From Candidatus Bathyarchaeia archaeon (GTDB taxonomy: Archaea > Thermoproteota > Bathyarchaeia > Bathyarchaeales > Bathycorpusculaceae): a stretch of 64,000 bases of DNA. The notes below the pieces were generated by a model, which did not search any database, was not told the DNA's origin, and worked only from the letters and a program-made list of their open reading frames with translations. The stretch is taken from NCBI GenBank assembly GCA_038882975.1, contig JAVZNE010000006.1, positions 17,544 to 81,543 on the forward strand. The letters are read 5' to 3'. Below are positions 8,274-16,921 of this stretch, one piece after another. Positions within the stretch are counted from its first letter, which is position 1, and each line of letters opens with the position of its first letter. A program made the translations under genes and the position numbers.

Positions 8274-10382
8274 ATGAAAGTGAAATTGGCGGCCATTTTG
8301 ATTGTGGCTTTTCTGATCGTCAGCACTTTTAGCTTGATACGTGTGGAATCCACCTCCGCTTCACCAGCACTGCCAGACTACACACCCATAGACATCGCAG
8401 ACGCACCACAATACGACATAGTTATTGAAGAGCCGATTGAACCACGAAGCCACCACTCATACTGGAATGTGGGCGATATAGCCTATTGGCTCATAGGCGA
8501 CTTTTACTGGGGCGTTTACAGACTCCGACCTTTCTATTTGGCAGCTATAGGCAATACTGTCGAAATTTGGGTCGCAACCGACCTAAGATTCGGCTTACCT
8601 CCACGACCCCCAGATTGGCCCGGTGACCCCAGACCAACACCTGTGATACTTCCAGAGCAAATACAGTATATACTAGAGGAGTTTGATAACAAAATATACC
8701 CAATAGAAATCGAGTATTTTGGCACTCCAGACTTCCATGACGGTTCCTACGCTGCACTACCAGGAATGCTTGGATTACCTCCAGACTATTATTATGAGGA
8801 AACAGGCAGAAACGTGATATTGGTTTCAAATATTAGGGATACAAACTACTATTATTACACCTATCCCTACTATATTGCTGGCTTCTACACCACCGCTTTC
8901 GAATACTACTTTGATAGGAATGTAATAAGCATAGACTGCTACGATTGGGAGCACCGTGTAGGCCCACCAGGCTACGAGTGGATACCAGGCGTACCAGTAA
9001 CACGCCCATACGTTTACGAAAGCACAGTCGCCCACGAATACCAGCACCTAATCCACCGTGACTACCAACCCGAAGCCGAAACCTTCATGAACGAAGGGTG
9101 CAGCATGTACGCGGAACTCCTATGCGGATACGGCATAGACGCAGCCTACCTAAACAGCTACTTCGCCACACCAGACAATTCGCTTACTGTATGGGGAGAC
9201 CAAGGCGACATAAACATACTAGCAGACTATGGAGCAGCAGCCTTATGGGTTGTCTATCTAAGCGACCACTACGGCGGAGCAGACCTAATCCGCTACTATG
9301 TCCAGTCGGGCATCCCGGGAATAGAGGGCATAAACAACGCCCTCAAAGCCTTCAAATACAAAGTAACATTCGAAGACGTTTACCATGACTGGCGACTGGC
9401 AAACCTAATCCGCAAAGACTTCCCAGGATGCAAGAAATACAACTACAAGAGCCTAAACCTCAACGACCCAGAAATAATACCCGTCAGAATATACGAGATA
9501 AGCGGACTACCAGTCCCATGGACAAAAGGAACAGACTTCGGAAACACAATAACAATACTAGGCTATGACACAGGCGTCTCAAAAATAGGACCCTTCGGAA
9601 CAGACTACATAGCCCTCAAAGACTGGACAAGGCCAGGCATTATATACTTTGACGGAGACGACATAGCACCATACGGATGGACTTATTTGGAGGAAGAGGG
9701 CATATGGTGGTCAGGCGCAGACAACCTAATGGACACACTACTAGTCGGTAAAGCATACGTGGACCCAGCAGACCCAACACTAGTGCTAAAAACATACTGG
9801 GATATTGAAGAATACTGGGACTTCGGCTTCGTCCAAGTATCAACAGACGGCGGAAAAACATGGACATCCCTAGAAAACGAATACACAACCTATGAACACG
9901 ACCCAGAAGCCCACCCAGCCATAATCGCCAACCTACCAGGCCTAACAGGCTGGAGCGAAGACTGGATAACAATGGACTTCGACCTAACAGCCTACGCAGG
10001 AATGAATATACTAGTTGGATTCCGCTACATGACCGACTGGGCAACCCTCTACGAAGGCTGGTACATAGCCAGCGCCAGCGTAAGCGGAGTAGAACTAACC
10101 CTAACACCAGTCTACCCAGAAGCAGACTTCCAAGTAACAATAGTCTACGCCTACATAATAGACGGAATGACCCTATACATACCATTAGACATGTGGCTCT
10201 GCGACAAAACAGAGACAGGCCTAGGAATATCATCCACCAAAAAGCCAAACTACACCATACTAGTCATAAGCCCAACAATGCGCAAAGGATGGGTAGACTA
10301 CAAATTCAAAGCCGAACCCCTGCCACTGCCAAAGCGGTGCATACTCGACAAACTCGAAAGATTTGAGGGTATCCTTCGCTAA
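8274..10382 (+). CDS. Secreted Zn-metallopeptidase (M30/M6 immune-inhibitor-A-like)
   Basis: Signal peptide; AHEYQHLIH...NEG zincin motif; InhA-like C-terminal domain (DFGFVQVSTDGGKTW, FRYMTDW). Confidence 0.85.
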   Translation: MKVKLAAILIVAFLIVSTFSLIRVESTSASPALPDYTPIDIADAPQYDIVIEEPIEPRSHHSYWNVGDIAYWLIGDFYWGVYRLRPFYLAAIGNTVEIWVATDLRFGLPPRPPDWPGDPRPTPVILPEQIQYILEEFDNKIYPIEIEYFGTPDFHDGSYAALPGMLGLPPDYYYEETGRNVILVSNIRDTNYYYYTYPYYIAGFYTTAFEYYFDRNVISIDCYDWEHRVGPPGYEWIPGVPVTRPYVYESTVAHEYQHLIHRDYQPEAETFMNEGCSMYAELLCGYGIDAAYLNSYFATPDNSLTVWGDQGDINILADYGAAALWVVYLSDHYGGADLIRYYVQSGIPGIEGINNALKAFKYKVTFEDVYHDWRLANLIRKDFPGCKKYNYKSLNLNDPEIIPVRIYEISGLPVPWTKGTDFGNTITILGYDTGVSKIGPFGTDYIALKDWTRPGIIYFDGDDIAPYGWTYLEEEGIWWSGADNLMDTLLVGKAYVDPADPTLVLKTYWDIEEYWDFGFVQVSTDGGKTWTSLENEYTTYEHDPEAHPAIIANLPGLTGWSEDWITMDFDLTAYAGMNILVGFRYMTDWATLYEGWYIASASVSGVELTLTPVYPEADFQVTIVYAYIIDGMTLYIPLDMWLCDKTETGLGISSTKKPNYTILVISPTMRKGWVDYKFKAEPLPLPKRCILDKLERFEGILR

Positions 10383-10498
10383 TTAAATACCCCAAAACAG
10401 CAAACCTTACCCCACTTTTTTTGGCAATTCAAAACCCGTACGGTTCATGTTTTTGGTGTTTGTGATTCCTCTTCATACAACAAGCTTTATATTGAGTA

Positions 10499-10849
10499 TT
10501 GCGATATATGGCAGTTTTGGTGCAAGCTTTGGGAGGCCCATCGGAACGCGAATACATGGAAAAGTTTGGCAAGCTTAAAGAGAAAATGAACAAAAAGCTT
10601 GCGGATTTCAGGAAACAATTTGAGAAAATTGAAAAAGCCAAAGTGGACCTGCTAAAGAAAACCAAAGAAATGAAACACGACGTTGAACGCGAAATACTAA
10701 AGATGGAGAATGAAATAGCGAAATCAAAAGATTTAGCTCCAGAATCAAAGAAAAGGCTCCGTTTAGAAATCGACACCCTAAAAAGCGAAATCCTGAAAAA
10801 GTGTGGGGAGTTAGAGGCCCGAATCGCCGAGGCAATAGCTACCGTTTGA
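10499..10849 (+). CDS. Hypothetical coiled-coil protein (true start may be downstream)
   Basis: K/E-rich heptad pattern. Confidence 0.65.
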   Translation: MRYMAVLVQALGGPSEREYMEKFGKLKEKMNKKLADFRKQFEKIEKAKVDLLKKTKEMKHDVEREILKMENEIAKSKDLAPESKKRLRLEIDTLKSEILKKCGELEARIAEAIATV

Positions 10850-10908
10850 AAAGATAACTTCCAGTTTCAAAATTGCCAGCAAGCTTGCCTAAAGATGGCT
10901 GAGTTTAG

Positions 10909-11313
10909 ATGAGGAAAATCCTCCGTAAACAAAAATCGGCATACACACTTAGCTTAACACTTTGCCTATTGGGAGTAGCAACCTTCACAGCGATTCTATG
11001 GAAAACTTATCCGACAATCTCCACAAGCAGCGATCCACTCTCAACCTTTTTGTCGCTTCTCTGGACGGAGGAGCTATCTCTCTCCTCATGGCTTTCCATC
11101 AAACTAATACACCTTGTCATATTAGGAGACATTCTGCTCATAGCCGGAGTTACATTGTGGGTTTTAAGTCGCCAATGGTTTGTTGTCCCCGGCAAAACCG
11201 TCTGGTTTCAATGCCCTTTCTGCAAGAAAAAATGGAGATCAACCGGGGATAAGGCCCTTGTCCACTGCCCCTATTGCCGTCAACTAGTCCACCCGAGAAT
11301 CGCTGAGAAGTAG
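10909..11313 (+). CDS. Two-TM membrane protein with C-terminal Zn ribbon
   Basis: Two hydrophobic helices; CPFC...CPYC. Confidence 0.7.
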   Translation: MRKILRKQKSAYTLSLTLCLLGVATFTAILWKTYPTISTSSDPLSTFLSLLWTEELSLSSWLSIKLIHLVILGDILLIAGVTLWVLSRQWFVVPGKTVWFQCPFCKKKWRSTGDKALVHCPYCRQLVHPRIAEK

Positions 11314-11325
11314 CCATTTCGCGTT

Positions 11326-11640
11326 TTAGATTTTCTCCCTTCTTATCTCGAAAAGCACCGTTCCACCATTTGTGTAGGGCTTTCCAGGATCTAAGCACTG
11401 AACGTATCCAGTTTCGCCCTCCTCTCTCGCCAAACCCAGACTTTTGAAGCTTATCCCGCGGCTTAATGGGACAAGCATTGAAAGCATGCAGCCAAAGGCG
11501 TGAACACATATATTGTCCGTTTCTTCAACAATTATTTTTGGCGACTCCACAACTATTTTGTCGCCAACCTTAAAAACCGGACAGATTCCCCTTATCTCCT
11601 TAACAGTTATAACGAGGCGATACCTATCCTCATTTTTCAT
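11326..11640 (-). CDS. TIGR04076-like family protein
   Basis: VKEIRGICP..KVGDKIV, C..AF, QCLDPG, GTVLFEI pattern. Confidence 0.75.
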   Translation of the reverse strand: MKNEDRYRLVITVKEIRGICPVFKVGDKIVVESPKIIVEETDNICVHAFGCMLSMLVPLSRGISFKSLGLAREEGETGYVQCLDPGKPYTNGGTVLFEIRREKI

Positions 11641-11766
11641 GTTTCCATCCTCAACTGAAGTATGTTTGGCGATTGGTTAATGTTTTATGGTTAAGGCGTT
11701 GAGTTGGCAAACACTTAAAAGTCTTGTTGGAAGGGAATATTTGCTACAGAAAAGGGTGCATGGACG

Positions 11767-12966
11767 ATGGGAACTCGACCAGTGATAGTTGCGGCTGGGA
11801 GGACAAAGTTTGGGGAGCATTATGAGAAGCAGCCTGAACGCCTCATAGAAGAGGCTTGGCTTAGGGCTTCCGAAGAGGCTGGACTCGAACGCAAAGACCT
11901 AGAAGCCTGCTATCTATCGGATTATTTTCTGCCAATAACTAATAAGCTTGGGCTTGAAGAGGGCTTCCTTTCAGAGTTGACGGAGTTGCATGTGCCCATG
12001 GATGTTGTGCGCTCCTTCAGTTCGGCTTTTTCAAACGCTTGCAACGCCATCCAAGCTGGAAAGTATGACATAGTGCTTGTCGGAGGAGTGGAGAAGATGA
12101 CAGACCGCTGGGACAAGATCCGCGATGACCTCATGCTCTTGGAAGACCCGTGGAGTTACTATGCTGGATGCACACCCGAAGCCAACCACGAACTTATGCT
12201 TAGGGCCTACATTAAAAAGTACGGCATAAGCGGCGAGAACCTTGAAAAGCTAGGCATAGCCCTGGCACAAATCTCTGTTAAAAACCACTTGAACGCCTTA
12301 AAAAACGAGTATGCCCAGTTCCAACGGAAAATAACCGTTGAACAAGTGTTGGAAGCCAGAAAAAATGCGCGGCGTCCCTTAGGGCTTTATGATTTTGCAC
12401 CTATATCTGACGGTGCCAGCGCAGTGATTTTAGCCAGCGAGGAAGTAGCCAAAAAGCTGACTGACAAGCCTATTTACGTGCTTGGCTCCGCCTCCGCCAC
12501 CGACTACTTAACGTTTCCAGCTCGGGAAGACATGACTGGTTTCCTTGCAACCCGCCTAGCCATGGAAAAAGCCCTAAAAACCGCTGGAATAAGCCTTTGG
12601 AATATACAAGTGCTAGAGCTCTACGACCAGTCCACAGTTATGGAAATAGTTTCCCTTGAAGATATGGGCTTCTGCACACGTGGAACAGCATGGAAAACCA
12701 TTTTTGAAAGCTGCAAGGACTATAAAGGCTACTACGAAATTAATGGGAAGAAGCTTTTTGTCAACATGAATGGCGGATTGAAGGCTGATGGAAACCCATT
12801 GGGCGCCACTGGTGGGGCCCAAATCTACGAGGTTGTCAAACAGCTTAGGGGCGAGGCTGGCGAACGACAAATAAAAACCGATGAAAGGCTAAAGTATGGG
12901 TGTGTGTTGGAGCTTGAGGGCTTCGGCACCAAAAGTTATGTCCACGTTTTAGGAGGAGGCTTCTAA
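11767..12966 (+). CDS. Thiolase-fold (SCP2/archaeal acetoacetyl-CoA thiolase-like) protein with degenerate catalytic motifs
   Basis: GRTKFGE, GGVEKM, PISDGASA, NGGL..G.PLGATG; catalytic Cys motif absent, HDCF appears as YDQS, GHP as GNP. Confidence 0.85.
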   Translation: MGTRPVIVAAGRTKFGEHYEKQPERLIEEAWLRASEEAGLERKDLEACYLSDYFLPITNKLGLEEGFLSELTELHVPMDVVRSFSSAFSNACNAIQAGKYDIVLVGGVEKMTDRWDKIRDDLMLLEDPWSYYAGCTPEANHELMLRAYIKKYGISGENLEKLGIALAQISVKNHLNALKNEYAQFQRKITVEQVLEARKNARRPLGLYDFAPISDGASAVILASEEVAKKLTDKPIYVLGSASATDYLTFPAREDMTGFLATRLAMEKALKTAGISLWNIQVLELYDQSTVMEIVSLEDMGFCTRGTAWKTIFESCKDYKGYYEINGKKLFVNMNGGLKADGNPLGATGGAQIYEVVKQLRGEAGERQIKTDERLKYGCVLELEGFGTKSYVHVLGGGF

Positions 12967-14475
12967 ATGAGCAGCGAACCCATTGAAAGGCGTGTTTCTT
13001 ATCTTGGCGATAGGCTTAGGGGAAGACGCTGCCAAATCTGCGGAAAAGAATATTTTGAGATAAGGGATTACTGCGGAAACTGTGGAAGAAAAAGCTTCGG
13101 AAAGATGGAGGACATAGACTTCTTCTATGAGAAGGGAAGACTTGAACTTTGCACACTTATCAATGAGCCTACAAACAAGTTTACAAAGCTTGGCACCTAC
13201 ATTTATGGCATAGTCTCCTTCCACAACGGTAAGATAAGAGTTCCCGGAAGGCTCACGGACAAAATAATAAGGGATGGTGAAACCGTAGACTTTTCAGTTC
13301 TTGAGGGCAGAGAAGTCGTTCCAAGATTTAGGAGACGCTATTCCGTAGAGAGAAGCGAAATTATCCCAACAATATCTTTGGCTTTCACCTTCTCCGACGA
13401 ATACTACCCCCATCAAGAATACCGTGTAGTAAAACCCAATAAGGAGTATGAAGCACCGGGGATAGTTGGCTACGGCGTGTACACTTCTAAGTTCAGAATC
13501 AGAGAAGGCGGCATAGAGCGTTCCGTCCCCTTCATAGATGAGGACGCCATAACAGCGGCTGTTGAGGCTGGAAAACTCGCCCTAATCCATTCAGGCGTTG
13601 ACAGCTCGCTTGTTGGCAAGGTTTATGTAGGCTCCGAGTCAAACCCATACGCTGTCAAACCAATAGCCTCAAAGGTTGCCCAAGTCCTTAAGCTCGGCGA
13701 GGAGGACGAGGATGTTCAAGGCGTTGATGCTGTGGACACGGAATTCGCTTGTAAGGCGGCGACAAGCATGTTTAAGGATGCCGCCTCGCTGGTCAGCTAT
13801 CCAAAAATGGGCGTCCCATATGCCATGGTTATTGGGGCGGACAACTCGCAGGCAGCTCCAAGAGATTCTCCAGGCGGAGAGTTGGACTTCTTCGTTGGCT
13901 ACGGCGGATGCGCCTACATATTTGGAAAAACCGACGTTATAGCCCAGCTTGAAGGATGGTACTCATGCACCTCCGATACACCTGACTTCTGGCGAAGGGA
14001 CGGCGAACCATACCCAATGCACGGCGGACGGTTTACTGGAGACCCAGCCTACTTTAAACACATAAGGAAGGCTGCAAAGAAGCTTATGGACAGGTTGAGC
14101 TTAAAGCCAAGCGACATAAACTATTTTGTGGCACATCAGCCAAACGTCCAGTTTCCAGTCAGAATAGCCCGCGAACTAGGCTTTAAAGAAGAGCAATACA
14201 TGCCCTCAATCCAGGTGGCAAAGTTCGGCAACACATACTCTGGCTCATCGCCAGTGGGATTGGCGGCAGTCCTTGACATTGCAAAGCCGAACGAGCGCAT
14301 TCTAATCGTAAGCTATGGTTCTGGGGCTGGAAGTGACGCTTACTCTTTCGTAACAACAAGCCAAATCCTTGAAAAGAGGCAGCGCCAAAAACTATCGGTT
14401 AAGTATCAGGCGGAAAATCCGTTCTTAGAGTATGTGGACTATACTATGTATAGGCGACTTAAAGCTGGTATGTAA
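12967..14475 (+). CDS. DUF35 (Zn-ribbon/OB) - hydroxymethylglutaryl-CoA synthase fusion
   Basis: N-terminal CxxC..CxxC plus OB-like region; C-terminal DED, GSESNPYA, FACKAAT, HQPN, GNTYSGS, SYGSGAGSD. Confidence 0.9.
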   Translation: MSSEPIERRVSYLGDRLRGRRCQICGKEYFEIRDYCGNCGRKSFGKMEDIDFFYEKGRLELCTLINEPTNKFTKLGTYIYGIVSFHNGKIRVPGRLTDKIIRDGETVDFSVLEGREVVPRFRRRYSVERSEIIPTISLAFTFSDEYYPHQEYRVVKPNKEYEAPGIVGYGVYTSKFRIREGGIERSVPFIDEDAITAAVEAGKLALIHSGVDSSLVGKVYVGSESNPYAVKPIASKVAQVLKLGEEDEDVQGVDAVDTEFACKAATSMFKDAASLVSYPKMGVPYAMVIGADNSQAAPRDSPGGELDFFVGYGGCAYIFGKTDVIAQLEGWYSCTSDTPDFWRRDGEPYPMHGGRFTGDPAYFKHIRKAAKKLMDRLSLKPSDINYFVAHQPNVQFPVRIARELGFKEEQYMPSIQVAKFGNTYSGSSPVGLAAVLDIAKPNERILIVSYGSGAGSDAYSFVTTSQILEKRQRQKLSVKYQAENPFLEYVDYTMYRRLKAGM

Positions 14476-14523
14476 GCAACCTTTAATAATAGTGCTGGGA
14501 CAGATTACAACGGAGCAAAATAG

Positions 14524-15693
14524 ATGTCTATGCGTGAAGTCTTCCGCGTCGTATACGCGCCCCATAAAGCCTTCAAAGAAATAATACAAAAACCAGGATA
14601 CAAAGGACCACTAATAATTATGCTGCTTTTTGTGCTGTCTCTTTCAGGATTCTATTACGTCTTCTCTACGAGAGTTTACTATGATCAAACAGTGCCTGGA
14701 TCGGGCGATTTGGATAAATGGACTGAAAATGCTAGCCTTTGGAGCTCAAAACAAGGCGCAACAATATCCAATAACACCTCGGATTATATAAAAGGGAATT
14801 TTTATGGAAATAAAAGTGTCCAATTTGAATTGAATAATAGCAATCGTATTGATATGCAATTAAATTTTTCAGAGCCATTAAATTGTGTTGAACCAAATAA
14901 CTATACTAACTTATCATTCAGAATCAAAATAATTAAACCATCAGAGAATCCCAGTAACTTGAGCATTTTTCTATGCTCGGAAAATGATGCGGATAAGTAC
15001 TTCAATTATTCAATGGAAGGTGATGATTTAGAGATAGTTAATGTTTGGTATAATGGTACAATTTCGTTAGCCAACTTTATAAGGGTTAATGGTGCAGATT
15101 GGCGAAACATCACAAGCTTAAAATTTGAATTGGCATGGGAAAACAACAAGGATATAACGGTTCTGGTTGACGGAATCTTCTTCCATGGCTACTATAAATC
15201 CATTCTTGAGATGAGTGGGGGTGCAGTAATGATTAATTCAGTAATAAGTGGTTTCATGCAATTCACTGTACAGTGGGTGATACTTGCCATCATTTTATAC
15301 CTTTTTTCAAAGCTTTTTAAAGCGCAGCCAGTTTGGAAAACCATGCTCACCATTTCAGGTTTTGTGCTCATAACTTTCTTTATACAGAACTTGATCCTCA
15401 CAGGAGTTGTTCTTGCCTATCCCGAGATGCATTTGTCTCTTGAGACTTTAGGTGGAGTTCCTGGGGAGGGTATGACCGCGGATGCGCAGAATTATGTGTT
15501 CATCTTCGTCGTCCTTCAATATTATATTTTGGAAAGAATAGTTTACTTTGTTTGGATTGTAGTATTATGTAGCATTGCCGTGCGTTTGCTGTTCGGGTTT
15601 CCATGGGCGAGAAGCGTTTCCCTTTCGCTCCTCAGCAGCGTAATTAGCATGTTGGCATTTCGCTTCCTAATGTATGGTGGAGTCTGGCTCTAG
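14524..15693 (+). CDS. YIP1-family membrane protein with inserted extracellular beta-sandwich domain
   Basis: P.KAF.EI N-terminus, one TM, N-glycosylation-rich insert, four further TM helices. Confidence 0.7.
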   Translation: MSMREVFRVVYAPHKAFKEIIQKPGYKGPLIIMLLFVLSLSGFYYVFSTRVYYDQTVPGSGDLDKWTENASLWSSKQGATISNNTSDYIKGNFYGNKSVQFELNNSNRIDMQLNFSEPLNCVEPNNYTNLSFRIKIIKPSENPSNLSIFLCSENDADKYFNYSMEGDDLEIVNVWYNGTISLANFIRVNGADWRNITSLKFELAWENNKDITVLVDGIFFHGYYKSILEMSGGAVMINSVISGFMQFTVQWVILAIILYLFSKLFKAQPVWKTMLTISGFVLITFFIQNLILTGVVLAYPEMHLSLETLGGVPGEGMTADAQNYVFIFVVLQYYILERIVYFVWIVVLCSIAVRLLFGFPWARSVSLSLLSSVISMLAFRFLMYGGVWL

Positions 15694-16899
15694 TTATTCG
15701 TATCTTAGGGCTACTACTGGTGGGATTTTTGATGCTCTGTAGGCTGGGAGGATTCCGCCCACCAAGCCTATTAGGATTGTTAGGGCTAGTGTTTGGGTTA
15801 TGAGGGTTGGAGTTATTAGGGGACTTAGTTGTAGGGTTATGCCGCCTTCGCCTATGCCACCTATTGTAAAGCCTCTTGAAGCCAGTATGTAGGCACCCGC
15901 CACGCCTATTGATATTCCGGCTGATCCGCCGACAAGGCTCATGACCATTGACTCCATTAGGATTAGTAGGAGAATCTGCCTGTTCGTGTAGCCTATTGCC
16001 TTCATTACGCCTATTTCTCTGGTACGTTCCATAACGGAGGTTATCATTGTTGCTGCTACTCCGGCTATGGCGACGGCGAAGGCTGAAAGCGATGTTGAAA
16101 AGTTTATGAAGTTTATTGCTCCAGTTACGCTGGAAACAGCCTCGGCTATGGAGCTGAAAGCGATTATTTGGGCTTTATCCTCATAATTCTGCCTCAAAAT
16201 CGATACGATAGGCTTAACGTTAACTGCGTTGTTAACCAGAACGATAATTCCGGACCATCTATCCATTCCAAGATAGCTTTTGCCAGCCTCTAAGCACATG
16301 AAGATGGTGGAGTCAGGGTCCACTATCAATGCGCCACCATATTCTTCAAGGATGGCGCCAACCCGCACTCCTATTGACCTTCTCCCTGTTATTTTTCCTC
16401 CTTCAACCTTCGGCACATTCACGATTAAACTGTCTTCTAGGCGGAAGTATTTCTCGTTGTCTTTGTAGGCTATTTTCCGTCCTATTATAACGTATAAACG
16501 CTCTGCTGGAATATCGCCTTCGCTGATTTTTAGGCTTCCTATAGCCTCAAAGAGCATGCCGTAATCAACCGCAAATATTGACACTTTAACTTCTTCTGTT
16601 CCCCTCTTTACTATGCCTTGCGTGTTGTAGAAGGGTTCAGCTCTTCTAACTGCCTCGAGAGCTCTAATATAGTTTAGGTCTTCTTCGTCAAGCCGATAAT
16701 TTTCTGTTGGAAAAATGGCAATGGCATTCTGGCCAAGCGACGTTATCCTCTCTTCTATGTAGTTTGAGTAGCTTCCAACAACTGAGCTCATCATGACGAG
16801 GACTAATGGGCCTATGGCTATTCCAACTATTGTTAGTGTAGCCCTCATCCTTCTTTCGCTTAGGGCTTTTAGCGAAAGTCTAACGAAGTCCGTAAACAT
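15694..16899 (-). CDS. MacB/FtsX-like ABC transporter permease
   Basis: SVMERTREIGVMKAIG, PAYRASKIPPVVALRYE. Confidence 0.92.
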   Translation of the reverse strand: MFTDFVRLSLKALSERRMRATLTIVGIAIGPLVLVMMSSVVGSYSNYIEERITSLGQNAIAIFPTENYRLDEEDLNYIRALEAVRRAEPFYNTQGIVKRGTEEVKVSIFAVDYGMLFEAIGSLKISEGDIPAERLYVIIGRKIAYKDNEKYFRLEDSLIVNVPKVEGGKITGRRSIGVRVGAILEEYGGALIVDPDSTIFMCLEAGKSYLGMDRWSGIIVLVNNAVNVKPIVSILRQNYEDKAQIIAFSSIAEAVSSVTGAINFINFSTSLSAFAVAIAGVAATMITSVMERTREIGVMKAIGYTNRQILLLILMESMVMSLVGGSAGISIGVAGAYILASRGFTIGGIGEGGITLQLSPLITPTLITQTLALTILIGLVGGILPAYRASKIPPVVALRYE

Positions 16900-16921
16900 G
16901 GTGGCGTTTCACCGTCGCTGT

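Noticed and set aside
9640-10248. Leu/Arg-rich antisense ORF (likewise 34444..35115, 48179..48814, 55718..56389)
   Set aside because: Shadow frames produced by the codon bias of well-supported genes on the opposite strand.
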